Assembly: GCA_045863395.1 (NCBI GenBank)
Contig: BTVJ01000007.1
Coordinates: 1 to 64,000, forward strand
DNA length: 64,000 nt
Direction of reading: 5' to 3'
Source: Myxococcales bacterium
GTDB taxonomy: Bacteria; Myxococcota_A; UBA9042; JABWCM01; BTVJ01
Part shown: positions 34,672 to 46,723 of the stretch, in pieces
Layout: each line of letters begins with the position of its first letter
How positions within the stretch are numbered: position 1 is the stretch's first letter
Notes under the pieces: generated by a model
Database searches by the model: none
Told to the model about the DNA's origin: nothing
What the model saw: only the letters and a program-made list of their open reading frames with translations
Program-made: the position numbers and the translations under genes

Positions 34672-36402
34672 TCAGGGGGCCGCAGCGGGCGCCGGATCTC
34701 CGGGGCTCGGGGCGCGCACGGCGGCCGCGCCGGGGACCTTGGGCTGCTCGAGGCGCACGTTCCGGAGGGCGCGGACCTGGTTTGCGTCCAGCAGGCGGAA
34801 GTTGGGCTTGGGCGCAGCCTCCGCCTGGACCGCGGGTGCCGGCCCGGCGTCTGCCCCCGCTGCTGCTACCAGGTCGTCGCGCGAGGCCGCACCGTAGATG
34901 GTGCTCGCAGCCGCCTTCTCTGCCCAGGTCACGTACTTCGAGGGGAACATGCCCGCCTGGAGCACGAACAGCGCCGAGATCCCGAAGACGAGCGCCATGG
35001 GGGTGCTGCGGATGGCCTCCGCCTGCCGGCGCTCCCCGCGCATGTACATGTAGACCGGGACCTTCAGGTAGTAGTAGACGCTGACCAGGCTGTTGAGCAC
35101 CGCGATGATTACGAGCGGGAGGTACTTGTCCGTGTTCGTGGTCAGGACCTGCGTGAACACCAGGTACTTCCCGAAGAAGCCGGCCGTGGGCGGGATGCCC
35201 GCGAGGCTGACCATGAACACGACCATGGCGACGGCCGCGAAGGGGTGGCGGTAGCCGAAGCCGGCGAGGTGCCCGAAGGAGATGTCCTCCTCCATGTCCT
35301 TGCCCAGCATGGACAGGACCGTGAAGGCGCCGATGGTCGCGACGGAGTAGACGAGCAGGTAGTAGAGGAGCCCGCTGCTCGCCACCTGCGCGACCTGGCC
35401 GCCGCCCAGGTCGAAGCCGCGGGTGGCGAGCACGGCGATCAGCAGGTAGCCGGCGTGGGCGATGCTCGAGTAGGCGAGGGTGCGCTTCACGTTGCGCTGG
35501 ACCACCGCGAGGATGTTGCCCACGCTCATGGTCAGGATGGCGAGCCAGAAGAAGATGTCCTGCCACGTGAACGCGAGCTGCGACCAGCCGCTGGCCTCGA
35601 AGAGGGTCAGGAACACGCGGGACAGGGCTACGAAGGTCGCCGTCTTCACGCCGGCGGCCATCAGGCCCGTCACGGGGGTCGGCGCGCCCTCGTAGACGTC
35701 GGGGGTCCACATGTGGAAGGGCACGGCCGCCGCCTTGAAGCCGAAGGCGACCACCAGCATGATCAGGATGATGTAGCCGAACCAGCCGTCAGCCGGGCTG
35801 TTGGCCGCGAACCAGGCCGCGATCTCGGAGAGGTTCGTCGAGCCCGACACCCCATAGGCGTAGGCGATGCCATAGAGCAGGAAGCCGGTGGAGAAGGCCC
35901 CGAGGAGGAAGTACTTGAGGGACGCCTCCACCGCGAACACGCTCTGGCGCTTGAAGCCCGCCAGCACGTAGATGGAGATGGACATGATCTCGAGGCCCAC
36001 GAAGAACGCGATGAGGTCCGCGGACATGACCATGGTCATCATGCCGGCGATGGCAAAGACCACCAGCATGTAGAACTCGGGCCACTCGCAGCGCTGCTCG
36101 GGCAGGTAGTCCACGGCGGAGATCAGGGCCAGGATGCCGACGATCAGGCAGACCGCGATGCCGAAGAGCGCGAAGCGGTCCACGACGAGCATGGAGCGCC
36201 AGAAGGGGGTGACCAGCTCGGTGCTGCCCTGCGCGAACAGCACGCCCGTGGCGAGGAGCGCGATGCCGAGCCCCGCTGCCGACAGGTAGCCCAGGAAAGC
36301 CTTGCGGTCGTCGAGGTTGGCGAACACGCCCGCGATCATCACCAGGAGCCCGACGGCCGTGACGATCAGGAGCGGCGATAGGGTGACCAGATCTCCCAGC
36401 AT
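34672..36402 (-). CDS. nuoN: NADH-quinone oxidoreductase subunit N (with C-terminal extension)
   Basis: EASLKYFLLGAFS, FKAAAVPFHMWTPDVYEGAP, KRTLAYSSIAHAGY. Confidence 0.95.
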   Translation of the reverse strand: MLGDLVTLSPLLIVTAVGLLVMIAGVFANLDDRKAFLGYLSAAGLGIALLATGVLFAQGSTELVTPFWRSMLVVDRFALFGIAVCLIVGILALISAVDYLPEQRCEWPEFYMLVVFAIAGMMTMVMSADLIAFFVGLEIMSISIYVLAGFKRQSVFAVEASLKYFLLGAFSTGFLLYGIAYAYGVSGSTNLSEIAAWFAANSPADGWFGYIILIMLVVAFGFKAAAVPFHMWTPDVYEGAPTPVTGLMAAGVKTATFVALSRVFLTLFEASGWSQLAFTWQDIFFWLAILTMSVGNILAVVQRNVKRTLAYSSIAHAGYLLIAVLATRGFDLGGGQVAQVASSGLLYYLLVYSVATIGAFTVLSMLGKDMEEDISFGHLAGFGYRHPFAAVAMVVFMVSLAGIPPTAGFFGKYLVFTQVLTTNTDKYLPLVIIAVLNSLVSVYYYLKVPVYMYMRGERRQAEAIRSTPMALVFGISALFVLQAGMFPSKYVTWAEKAAASTIYGAASRDDLVAAAGADAGPAPAVQAEAAPKPNFRLLDANQVRALRNVRLEQPKVPGAAAVRAPSPGDPAPAAAP

Positions 36403-36412
36403 GAATGGCTCC

Positions 36413-38314
36413 TCAGTGGCTCGCGCCGGGGCGGAAGGCTACCTCGACCCGCTCGCGCGCGGCCTCGACGACCTGGGCGGGCTCGTCGGCTTCCGCGCGC
36501 GCCTGCTCGATGAGCAGCTTCTGCTTCATGCGGGGCACCGTCTCGGGCGAGCGGTGCTCCGTCATCGGCATCTGGTAGGTGCGCACGAAGCTCTCGACGG
36601 ACGCGTGCATCTTGTCCAGCATCGTGGACGGGAAGAACCCGATCACGAAGATCGCCGCGACCAGGGGCATCAGCACCACCCACTCCCGCAGGTTCAGGTC
36701 CTTGATGTTCTGGTTCTTGACCTGGGTGACGGGCCCGAACAGCACGCGGCGGTACATGGACAGCATGTAGATGGCGCCCAGGATGACGCCCGTCGTGGCG
36801 AGCGTGCCCATGGCCAGCGAGTAGTTGCGGAAGGTGCGCAGGGCGTTCACTCCCTGGAGCACGAGCCCGTAGAGCTCGGCTCTCCAGAGCACCACCACGA
36901 GGACGGCCACGAGCACCAGGGCGCCGGGCACGACCTTTCGGGTGATCGGGTCCTCCATGTCGCGGAACAGGGCGTAGGCGACGGCCAGGATGCCGATGAG
37001 CACGCTCGCGAAGAGGGCGGCCGCGATCATGTGCTGGAGGGAGCCGGGCTCCGGCGCCGCCTGCAGCACGGAGCCCAGGCCCGCCGTGAAGGTGCCGCTC
37101 AGGATCAGGAACTCGCCGATGAAGCCGTTGGTGCCCGGCAAGCCGATGGACGACAGGGTCATGATCATGAGCATGGTCGCAAACCAGGGCACGACCCGGG
37201 CGATGCCGCCGTAGTCCTCGATGAGCCGCGTGTGACGGCGCTCGTAGATCATGCCGACGAGGAGGAAGAGCCCGCCCGTGGAGATGCCGTGGTTGATCAT
37301 CTGGAGGATGGCGCCCTCCACCGCCTCCTGGCTCATGGCCATGAGGCCGAGCATCACGAAGCCCAGGTGGCTCACCGACGAGTAGGCGACCAGCTTCTTG
37401 ATGTCCTTCTGGGCGTAGGCGACCAGCGCGCCATAGATGATGCCGATGACGGACAGCAGCATGATCGGCATGGACCAGGCGCCCGCGGCCTCGGGGAAGA
37501 GCGGGATGGCGAAGCGCACGAAGCCGTAGGTGCCCATCTTGAGGAGCACGCCGGCCAGCACCACGGAGCCGGCCGTCGGCGCCTGGACGTGGGCGTCGGG
37601 CAGCCACGTGTGGAAGGGGAAGATGGGCACCTTGATGGCGAAGGCGAGGCCAAAGGCCCCGAAGAGCCAGAGCTGCTCCGTGTAGGAGAGCTCCGTCTGC
37701 ACGAAGTCGAGGAGCGAGAACGTGGAGTGGCCCGCCTTGATGTAGATGTAGATGATGCCGACCAGCATCAGGAGCGAGCCGACCATGGTGAACAGGAAGA
37801 ACTTGACCGTGGCGTAGATGCGGTCCTGGCCGCCCCAGATGCCGATCATCAGGAACATGGGGATCAGCATGAACTCCCAGAAGATGTAGAACAGGAACAC
37901 ATCCAGGGAGATCAGGGCGCCGAGCATGCCGGTCTCGAGGACCAGGTAGCTCATGTAGAACTCCTTGGAGTTCGTCTCGATGGCCGAGAACGCGCCCAGG
38001 ATGATGATCGGGGAGAGGAAGGTGGTCAGCAGGACGAGCCAGAGGGAGAGGCCGTCGACGCCGAGGAAGTAGGTGATCCCCAGCGCCTCGATCCACGAGC
38101 GCTGCTCCACCATCTGGAAGCCGGCGGCGGTGACGTCGAAGTCAGCGAGGATGCGCAGGGAGAACACGAACCCGAGCGCGCTCACGCCCAGCGCGATGTT
38201 GCGGATCAGGAGCGCCTGACCGCGGGGCACGAGCGCCAGCAAGAGCGCCCCGAGCAGCGGGATGAACGTGACGATCGTCAGGATCGGGAAGCCGGCCACC
38301 GTCTCGACTTGCAT
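36413..38314 (-). CDS. nuoM: NADH-quinone oxidoreductase subunit M (with insertion and extension)
   Basis: FWEFMLIPM, PFHTWLPDAHVQAP, KKLVAYSSVSHLG, GLPGTNGFIGEF. Confidence 0.95.
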   Translation of the reverse strand: MQVETVAGFPILTIVTFIPLLGALLLALVPRGQALLIRNIALGVSALGFVFSLRILADFDVTAAGFQMVEQRSWIEALGITYFLGVDGLSLWLVLLTTFLSPIIILGAFSAIETNSKEFYMSYLVLETGMLGALISLDVFLFYIFWEFMLIPMFLMIGIWGGQDRIYATVKFFLFTMVGSLLMLVGIIYIYIKAGHSTFSLLDFVQTELSYTEQLWLFGAFGLAFAIKVPIFPFHTWLPDAHVQAPTAGSVVLAGVLLKMGTYGFVRFAIPLFPEAAGAWSMPIMLLSVIGIIYGALVAYAQKDIKKLVAYSSVSHLGFVMLGLMAMSQEAVEGAILQMINHGISTGGLFLLVGMIYERRHTRLIEDYGGIARVVPWFATMLMIMTLSSIGLPGTNGFIGEFLILSGTFTAGLGSVLQAAPEPGSLQHMIAAALFASVLIGILAVAYALFRDMEDPITRKVVPGALVLVAVLVVVLWRAELYGLVLQGVNALRTFRNYSLAMGTLATTGVILGAIYMLSMYRRVLFGPVTQVKNQNIKDLNLREWVVLMPLVAAIFVIGFFPSTMLDKMHASVESFVRTYQMPMTEHRSPETVPRMKQKLLIEQARAEADEPAQVVEAARERVEVAFRPGASH

Positions 38315-38327
38315 CGGTTCCTCGCCC

Positions 38328-40322
<1,995 letters not shown>

Positions 40323-40350
40323 CGAGCGGCTCTCCTCGGATGCGCCGGTC

Positions 40351-40659
40351 TCAGTGTTTCAATGCCTTGATCTCGTCCACGTTCAGCGTCTGTTTGTGAC
40401 GGAACACGGACAGGACGATGGCGAGCCCCACGGCAGCCTCCGCGGCGGCCACCGCGATGACGAAGAACGCGATGGCCTGGCCACCCTCGTCGCCGCGGTA
40501 GCGGGAGAAGGCGACCAGCGTCAGGTTGACCGCGTTGAGCATGATCTCGACGCTCATGAAGATGATCAGCGCGTTGCGGCGCGTCAGCACGCCGACTGCG
40601 CCGATGGCGAACAGCACGGCGCCGAGCGTCAGGTACCAAGAGAGCGGGATCGTCGACAT
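40351..40659 (-). CDS. nuoK: NADH-quinone oxidoreductase subunit K
   Basis: [31 protein letters not shown]. Confidence 0.96.
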   Translation of the reverse strand: MSTIPLSWYLTLGAVLFAIGAVGVLTRRNALIIFMSVEIMLNAVNLTLVAFSRYRGDEGGQAIAFFVIAVAAAEAAVGLAIVLSVFRHKQTLNVDEIKALKH

Positions 40660-40692
40660 GCGCGGTCTCCTCGGGGCGTCCCCGGCGCCGGA

Positions 40693-41208
40693 TCAGAGCT
40701 GCTTCTTCGCCATGACGAGCGCCCCGATGACCGCCACGAGGAGCAGCACCGAGGTCAGCTCGAACGGGATCATGAAGTCCTTGTAGAGGAGCTGCCCCAC
40801 GGACGCGACGCTGCCGAAGTCCGGGGCATCGTTGAGGTTTGCCCCCATGCTCGCGGCCAGGGGGTCGCCCGAGATGAACGTGAAGAGCTTGCCCAGCACG
40901 AACAGCAGGGCCAGGCCGCCTATCACCTTCGTCAGCGTCAGGCGCGAGTCGCCCAGCTCCTCGGTGCGGAGGTTCAGCAGCATGATCACGAACACGAACA
41001 GCACCATGATCGCGCCGGCGTAGACCAGGACCTGGAGCGCGGCCAGGAGGTGCGCCGCCAGCAGGGCGAACAGGCCGGCGATGGCGGCGAAGCTCAACAC
41101 CAGCGACAGGGCCGCGTGGATGGGGTTGCGGCCGAACGGAGGCACCACGACCGCCAGCGAGGTGATCACCGCGCCGACTGCGAGGACCCAGAAGACTGCC
41201 TGCTCCAT
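40693..41208 (-). CDS. nuoJ: NADH-quinone oxidoreductase subunit J
   Basis: NPIHAAL, QVLVYAGAIMVLFVFVIMLL, PFELTSVLLLVA. Confidence 0.95.
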   Translation of the reverse strand: MEQAVFWVLAVGAVITSLAVVVPPFGRNPIHAALSLVLSFAAIAGLFALLAAHLLAALQVLVYAGAIMVLFVFVIMLLNLRTEELGDSRLTLTKVIGGLALLFVLGKLFTFISGDPLAASMGANLNDAPDFGSVASVGQLLYKDFMIPFELTSVLLLVAVIGALVMAKKQL

Positions 41209-41229
41209 GGCTCGCCGTTCTCGCTTGTT

Positions 41230-42504
41230 TCAGGAGGCCTTGTACGGACAGCGGCCCAGTTCGATGTGCCGCTCGAACTCCGAGCGGTACTTCTTGACGA
41301 AGCTGCGGACCGGCCACGCAGCGGCGTCGCCGAGCGCGCAGATCGTGTTGCCCTCGATGCGGCTCGCGCCGTGCTCGAGCAGGTCGATGTGCTCGTGCTT
41401 GCCGACGCCCTTCTCGATGTCCTTGATGATGCGGTAGAGCCAGCCCGTGCCCTCGCGGCAGGGCGTGCACTGGCCGCAGCTCTCGTGGGCATAGAAGCGG
41501 CTGATGCGCAGCAGCACCTGCACGAGGCAGGTCGGCTCGGCGATGACCATGACGCCCGCCGTCCCCAGCATGGACCCGACCGCCTTGAAGGAGTCGAAGT
41601 CCGCAGGGATGTCGATCTCGTCCGGCCTGATGATCGGGCACGACGAGCCGCCGGGGATGACCCCCTTGAGCGGGCGGTCGTCGAGGATGCCCCCGCACAG
41701 GTCGTAGATGATGTCCTTCAGGTTCGTGCCGAGCTTGACCTCGTAGAGGCCGGGGCGCTTCACGTGCCCGCTGACGCAGAACACCTTGGTGCCGCCGTTG
41801 CGCTCGGTGCCGTGGCTGTTGAACCAGTCGGCGCCGTGCTTGATGATCTGCGGGACGTTGACCAGCGTCTCGACGTTGTTGACCACCGTCGGGCAGGCGA
41901 ACAGGCCCTCCACCGCCGGAAACGGCGGCTTGAGGCGCGGCTGGCCGGCCTTGCCCTCCAGGGAGTTGAGCAGCGCGGTCTCTTCGCCGCAGATGTAGGC
42001 GCCCGCCCCCGTATGGGTGTAGATCTCGAGGTCGAAGCCCGTCCCCATGAGGTTCCTGCCGAGCAGCCCCGCCTTGCGCGCCCGGTCGATGGCCGCCTCG
42101 ACGATGGCGATCTCCTCGGCGAACTCGCCCCGGATGTAGATGTAGCAGGTGTGGATGTCGAGGGCGAAGCTGCAGATGATGCAGCCCTCGATGAGGGGGT
42201 ACGGGTCCCACTTGAGCCAGTAGCGGTCCTTGAACGTGCCCGGCTCGCCCTCGTCGGCGTTGACGACCAGGTACTTGGGCTTCTCGCTGACCTTGGGGAC
42301 GAAGCCCCACTTGACGCCCGCCGGGAAGCCCGCGCCGCCGCGGCCACGCAGGTTCGCCCGCTTGACCTCGTCGACGATGGCGTCCTTGTCCATGGACAGG
42401 GCCTTCTTGACCGCCTCGAAGCCGCCGCTGGCGCGGTGGACGTTGAGATCGGTCCAGTCCTTGTCGTAGCCCCGGAAGATGTAGTTGTAGGTCTGGACGG
42501 CCAT
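41230..42504 (-). CDS. nuoF: NADH-quinone oxidoreductase subunit F
   Basis: LRGRGGAGFPAGVKW, NADEGEPGTFKDR, GAYICGEET, ESCGQCTPCREG. Confidence 0.98.
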   Translation of the reverse strand: MAVQTYNYIFRGYDKDWTDLNVHRASGGFEAVKKALSMDKDAIVDEVKRANLRGRGGAGFPAGVKWGFVPKVSEKPKYLVVNADEGEPGTFKDRYWLKWDPYPLIEGCIICSFALDIHTCYIYIRGEFAEEIAIVEAAIDRARKAGLLGRNLMGTGFDLEIYTHTGAGAYICGEETALLNSLEGKAGQPRLKPPFPAVEGLFACPTVVNNVETLVNVPQIIKHGADWFNSHGTERNGGTKVFCVSGHVKRPGLYEVKLGTNLKDIIYDLCGGILDDRPLKGVIPGGSSCPIIRPDEIDIPADFDSFKAVGSMLGTAGVMVIAEPTCLVQVLLRISRFYAHESCGQCTPCREGTGWLYRIIKDIEKGVGKHEHIDLLEHGASRIEGNTICALGDAAAWPVRSFVKKYRSEFERHIELGRCPYKAS

Positions 42505-42507
42505 GCG

Positions 42508-42990
42508 CTACCCCCTCGCCCGCAGCTCGTCCACCAGGGCGACCGCCTTCTGGGGAGTCATGTTCTCGTGGAAGCGGCGGTTGACCTGGAGGGCCGGGGC
42601 CGTCCCGCACGCGGCGAGGCACTGCACCTCGTCCAGCGTGAACAGCTTGTCCGGCGTGGTCTCGCCGAGGCCGATCCCCAGCTTCTTCTGCAGCGCGGCA
42701 ACGATCTCGTCGCAGCCTCGCAGGAAGCAGCTCACGTTGGTGCACACCTCGACGTGGTGCTTCCCGACCGGCTTCTTGTAGAGCATCGTGTAGAAGGTCG
42801 CGGTGTTCAGGACCTCGGTGGGGGCCATCTCCAGCCGCTTCGCCACGTACTCCAGCGCCTCGAGGGTCAGGTAACCGTGCTCTGCCTGGGTCAGGAAGAG
42901 GGTCGGGATGAGGGCCGCCGGCTTGTTCGGGTAGCGCTTGAGCAGCGCCTGGAACTTTGCCTCGGTCGCCGCCGAGAAGTCGATGCTCAT
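42508..42990 (-). CDS. nuoE: NADH-quinone oxidoreductase subunit E
   Basis: ATFYTM, VCTNVSC, QCLAACGTAP (2Fe-2S). Confidence 0.96.
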   Translation of the reverse strand: MSIDFSAATEAKFQALLKRYPNKPAALIPTLFLTQAEHGYLTLEALEYVAKRLEMAPTEVLNTATFYTMLYKKPVGKHHVEVCTNVSCFLRGCDEIVAALQKKLGIGLGETTPDKLFTLDEVQCLAACGTAPALQVNRRFHENMTPQKAVALVDELRARG

Positions 42991-43060
42991 GGTGTCGAAC
43001 CGCTCGTAATCATGGTTCTTTTTGCACTATCAGCCCGGCCGGGTGCCGCAAGGCGGGTTG

Positions 43061-43089
43061 ACCCTATCCAAAGGTCCGGATCATGTCAA
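43061..43089 (-). promoter_or_regulatory. sigma70-type promoter for the nuoE-N operon
   Basis: TTGACA-17 nt-TAGGGT on the minus strand, about 70 nt upstream of nuoE. Confidence 0.7.
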
Positions 43090-43179
43090 GGGAAGTGTCC
43101 GGGGCGCTTGGAGCGAGGATTCGCGGGGGGATACGGCGCCCGCAGCGCGGGCCGCGGCGCGTGGTTACGACGCGGTGCG

Positions 43180-45039
43180 TCAGTCTGGGCGGGAGCGCCG
43201 TTGCATCCAGCGCTCGAAGACCAGCAGGGACCAGAGCTGGGCCGAGAGGTCCCGCTCACCGCTCTGGTGGGTGTCGATGAGGTCCCGGACCCCCTCACGG
43301 CGGAGAATGCCCCGGTCCAGGCACCGGGGCGACAGCAGCTCGTCCCGCACCAGGTCGCGCAGCTCGCGCCGGAACCACAGCGCCAGGGGCACGGCGAAGC
43401 CCATCTTCTTGCGGTAGACCAGCCCCGGCGGCAGGTAGCGCAGCAGCAGGCGCTTGAGCAGGTGCTTGGTCTCCGTGCCGCGGATGAGCAGCCGCTCCGG
43501 CAGCGACAGGGCGAAGGTCGCAAGGTGGTGATCGAGCAGCGGCACCCGCGCCTCCAGGCTCACGGCCATGCTCATGCGGTCGACCTTCGTGAGGATGTCG
43601 TCGGGCAGGTAGAGCAGCGCGTCCAGGCGGCGGCAGTCCCGCAGGCCGCCCGTGTGAAGCCCCTGCGCGCGGAGCACGTCCAGCGCCGGCTCGTCGCTGA
43701 CCATGTCCGGTGAGAGGAGGCGCGCCTTCTGTGCGGGGTCGGGGTGAAAGAGGAGGCCGCTGGCGTACCTGTCTGGAAAGGGGAGGGCGGCCCGCGAAAC
43801 CATGCGCCTCGCCCGGTGGACCGGGCCGCGGGACGGCAGGCGCCCAAGCAGCGCTTCCGCGCCGGTCAGGGCCCAGGGCGGCGCGTGGGAGGCGAGCTCG
43901 ATCACCTGCTGCCGCAGGTAGCGCCCATAGCCGCAGAACAGCTCGTCGCCGCCGTCCCCCGACAGGGCGACCGTCACGTGGGCCCGGGTCATCTCGCTGA
44001 CGCACCAGGTGGGGATGGCGCTGGAGTCCGCGAAGGGCTCGTCCATGTGGTAGACGACCTTGTCCAGCAGGCTGACCACGTCCGGGCGGAGGATCTCCTG
44101 GGTGTGCTCCGTGCCCAGGTGGGCCGCGACGGCGCCGGCGTAAGGGGTCTCGTCGTACTCCGCCTCCTGGAAGCCGATGGTGAAGGTCTTGACCGGGCGG
44201 TCCATGGCAGCCGCCATGGCGGCGACGACGAGGCTCGAGTCCGTGCCGCCCGACAGGAAGGCGCCGAGCGGGACGTCCGAGACCAGGCGCACGCGCACGG
44301 CATCGCGGACCAAGGAGTCCAGGCGGTCCAGGGCCTCCTGCTCGTCGAGGTGCGGGTCCACCTGGACGTCGCGCAGATCCCACCAGCGGCGGAGGCGCGG
44401 AGGGGCGTCACCCTCGACGACCAGCAGGTTGCCCGGGGGGAGCTTGTGGATGCCCTCCCACGCGGAGCGAGGGGCGGGGATCCACCCGAGGGAGAAGTAG
44501 AGCTGGAGGGCGCCCGTGTCGACGCCGGCCTCCAGGGCCGGGGCGGCCAACAACCCCTTGATCTCGCTCGCGAAGAGGAAGCGCTTGCCGTCGTCGTACC
44601 ACGCGAGGGGCTTGATGCCGAAGCGGTCCCGGGCGAGCAGCAGGCGCCTCCGAGGGCGGTCCCAGATGGCGAAGGCGAACATGCCGCGCAGGTGATCGAC
44701 CAGCGCGTCGCCGTGCTCCTCGTAGAGGTGGACCAGCACCTCCGTGTCGCAGCGGGTCCGGAAGGTGTGCCCGGCCGAAGTCAGGCGGTCGGCCAGCTCT
44801 CGGAAGTTGTAGATCTCGCCATTGAACACGACGGCGATGGACCCATCCTCGTTGAACATGGGCTGGTGGCCGCCAGCGACGTCGATGATCGAGAGGCGAT
44901 CGTGGCCGAGCGCCAGAGGCCCGTCCACGAAGACGTCCTGGTCGTCCGGGCCGCGGTGGCGCATCGCGCGTACCATGCGCCACGCCATGTCCCGCGGGTC
45001 GTCGCCCGCGCGGTCGAGGGCGCCGGAGATGCCGCACAT
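43180..45039 (-). CDS. asnB: Asparagine synthase (glutamine-hydrolysing)-family amidotransferase
   Basis: N-terminal MCGI, HRGPD, RLSIID, FLSGGTDSS, LSGDGGDELF, KVDRMSM.VSLEARVP. Confidence 0.92.
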   Translation of the reverse strand: MCGISGALDRAGDDPRDMAWRMVRAMRHRGPDDQDVFVDGPLALGHDRLSIIDVAGGHQPMFNEDGSIAVVFNGEIYNFRELADRLTSAGHTFRTRCDTEVLVHLYEEHGDALVDHLRGMFAFAIWDRPRRRLLLARDRFGIKPLAWYDDGKRFLFASEIKGLLAAPALEAGVDTGALQLYFSLGWIPAPRSAWEGIHKLPPGNLLVVEGDAPPRLRRWWDLRDVQVDPHLDEQEALDRLDSLVRDAVRVRLVSDVPLGAFLSGGTDSSLVVAAMAAAMDRPVKTFTIGFQEAEYDETPYAGAVAAHLGTEHTQEILRPDVVSLLDKVVYHMDEPFADSSAIPTWCVSEMTRAHVTVALSGDGGDELFCGYGRYLRQQVIELASHAPPWALTGAEALLGRLPSRGPVHRARRMVSRAALPFPDRYASGLLFHPDPAQKARLLSPDMVSDEPALDVLRAQGLHTGGLRDCRRLDALLYLPDDILTKVDRMSMAVSLEARVPLLDHHLATFALSLPERLLIRGTETKHLLKRLLLRYLPPGLVYRKKMGFAVPLALWFRRELRDLVRDELLSPRCLDRGILRREGVRDLIDTHQSGERDLSAQLWSLLVFERWMQRRSRPD

Positions 45040-45040
45040 C

Positions 45041-45763
45041 TCAGACCTCCACGGAGTCGCCCGGGGCGGGCACCAGCGCGCCGGGGGCCGCCGCAGCGGC
45101 CTGAGCACGGAGCTCCTTGGCCACGTGGACGAGCGCCAGGCGTCCGACGCCGGCGCGCCCGGCCAGCGCGACGACCTGGGAGACCGCGGCGTGGCCCTTG
45201 TTGGGGGCGTCGAGCCAGAAGGCCTCGTGGACCAGCAGGTCGACCCCCGCGACCAGGCGCTCCGACGCGGGCGTAGGGGCCCCGTCCCCGCTGTAGGCGA
45301 CGCGGGCGCCGTCCGTGACGCACACGGCCAGGTTCCGCACCGGGTGGAGGGTGCGGGCGGTGTCCAGGCGCATGGGGCCCCACTGTGTCGGGTGCCGGGG
45401 TGACACCGGGAGGGCCTCGATGGGGAACGTCGACTTGGTGCGCATCCCCGGGTAGGCGAGGTTGCAGAGCCGCGTCAGCCAGCGGTCGACCCCCGGGCCC
45501 CCGAGGACCGTCAGCGGCCGGGTGCGGCCCTGGAGGCGCATCCACAGGAGCAGCGCCGGCAAGCCGAAGGTGTGGTCGGCGTGGGTGTGGGAGACCCACA
45601 CGCCGTCGAGCAGGTCCGGATCCCGTGACAGGGCCCACAGGGCGTGCGGGACCCGATAGCCGCAATCCAGGAGCAGCGTCCGGCTGCCGCGCCACAAGAG
45701 CGAGGTGTTGGGCAGATCGGGGTCGAAGGCTTCTCCGGTCCCGACGAAGGTCAGCGTCCCCAT
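45041..45763 (-). CDS. MBL-fold metallo-hydrolase, RNase Z-like
   Basis: FVGTGEAF, LLDCG, SHTHADH, YSGD, LLVHEAF, ALVH; start ATG 45763. Confidence 0.8.
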   Translation of the reverse strand: MGTLTFVGTGEAFDPDLPNTSLLWRGSRTLLLDCGYRVPHALWALSRDPDLLDGVWVSHTHADHTFGLPALLLWMRLQGRTRPLTVLGGPGVDRWLTRLCNLAYPGMRTKSTFPIEALPVSPRHPTQWGPMRLDTARTLHPVRNLAVCVTDGARVAYSGDGAPTPASERLVAGVDLLVHEAFWLDAPNKGHAAVSQVVALAGRAGVGRLALVHVAKELRAQAAAAAPGALVPAPGDSVEV

Positions 45764-45891
45764 GGGCGCATCATCGCACACGTCGGAGGATGTAGCCAAA
45801 GTGGCCCGGGGCGAGGCGCAGCAGGGCCTCCTTGGCGACACCCTCCGAGCGCCCTTGCACCCCTCTGGGGTCGGGATATGATGGCGAGGTC

Positions 45892-46686
45892 ATGGAGCAA
45901 CGCCCCCTGGAGCTTGTCTTCGATGTGCCCTCCGGGCCCCTGCGGGCGCGCTTCGTGCGTGGCGGCTTGGCCGGCGCGCTGCTCTCCGGGCCGCACCCGC
46001 CCGACGGGGAGCTGGTCCGGTTCAAGGTCTCCGGTGGCGGCTACCCCGAGGGTCACGTCCGTGGCCTGGGGCGGGTGGCCCGAGCGGGCACCGGGCACGG
46101 CGACGCCTTCGGCCTCAAGCTCCTGCAGCTCGAGTGCGGTGACGGCCTCCCGCCCTTGAAGGAGCTCCTGCGGGAGCACCTGCACACCGAGCTCTCGGAG
46201 CTCCCCCACTCCCAGGTGCAGCGCATCGCCAACCACTGGGCCATCTGCTGCTCGCCAGAGGACCCCGACGCCGCGCTGGTTCGCTTGCCCCCCATCGAGC
46301 AATCGGCCATCGAGGCATGGTTCCACCCCGTGGGGCGCTCGCCGGTGCTCAACGTCTACGTGCGGCGCACCGTCGCGTACCTCGTCAACTTCGTGCCGTT
46401 CTACGGGCGTGGCGCACGTCTCAATGAGACGACCTTTCTGATCCACTCGAACCTGGTGCTGCCGTCCCTCGGCTCGCAGATCATGGTGCAGATCCGCGTC
46501 ACCCTCGAGGACGTGGACTCGTGGGTCGTCCTGATCGGCGCGGTGCAGCGGCGCAGCGATCAGCGCGACCAGTCCGTGTTCAAGGGCAGCTTCGAGATGC
46601 GCGTCGACCGGGTGGAAGAGATCGGCACGGCGGGCATCTTCTTCCGTCTGCTGGACCAGCTCCGCAGCGAGGGGAGCGACCCGTGA
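45892..46686 (+). CDS. Hypothetical protein, possibly two degenerate PilZ-like beta-barrels
   Basis: GAGG RBS before ATG 45892; two beta-rich halves ending G.V.R...FG/F.(L/M). Confidence 0.55.
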   Translation: MEQRPLELVFDVPSGPLRARFVRGGLAGALLSGPHPPDGELVRFKVSGGGYPEGHVRGLGRVARAGTGHGDAFGLKLLQLECGDGLPPLKELLREHLHTELSELPHSQVQRIANHWAICCSPEDPDAALVRLPPIEQSAIEAWFHPVGRSPVLNVYVRRTVAYLVNFVPFYGRGARLNETTFLIHSNLVLPSLGSQIMVQIRVTLEDVDSWVVLIGAVQRRSDQRDQSVFKGSFEMRVDRVEEIGTAGIFFRLLDQLRSEGSDP

Positions 46687-46723
46687 TCCGTCGAGTCCCG
46701 CGACCCCGGTACGGTCCGCCCCC

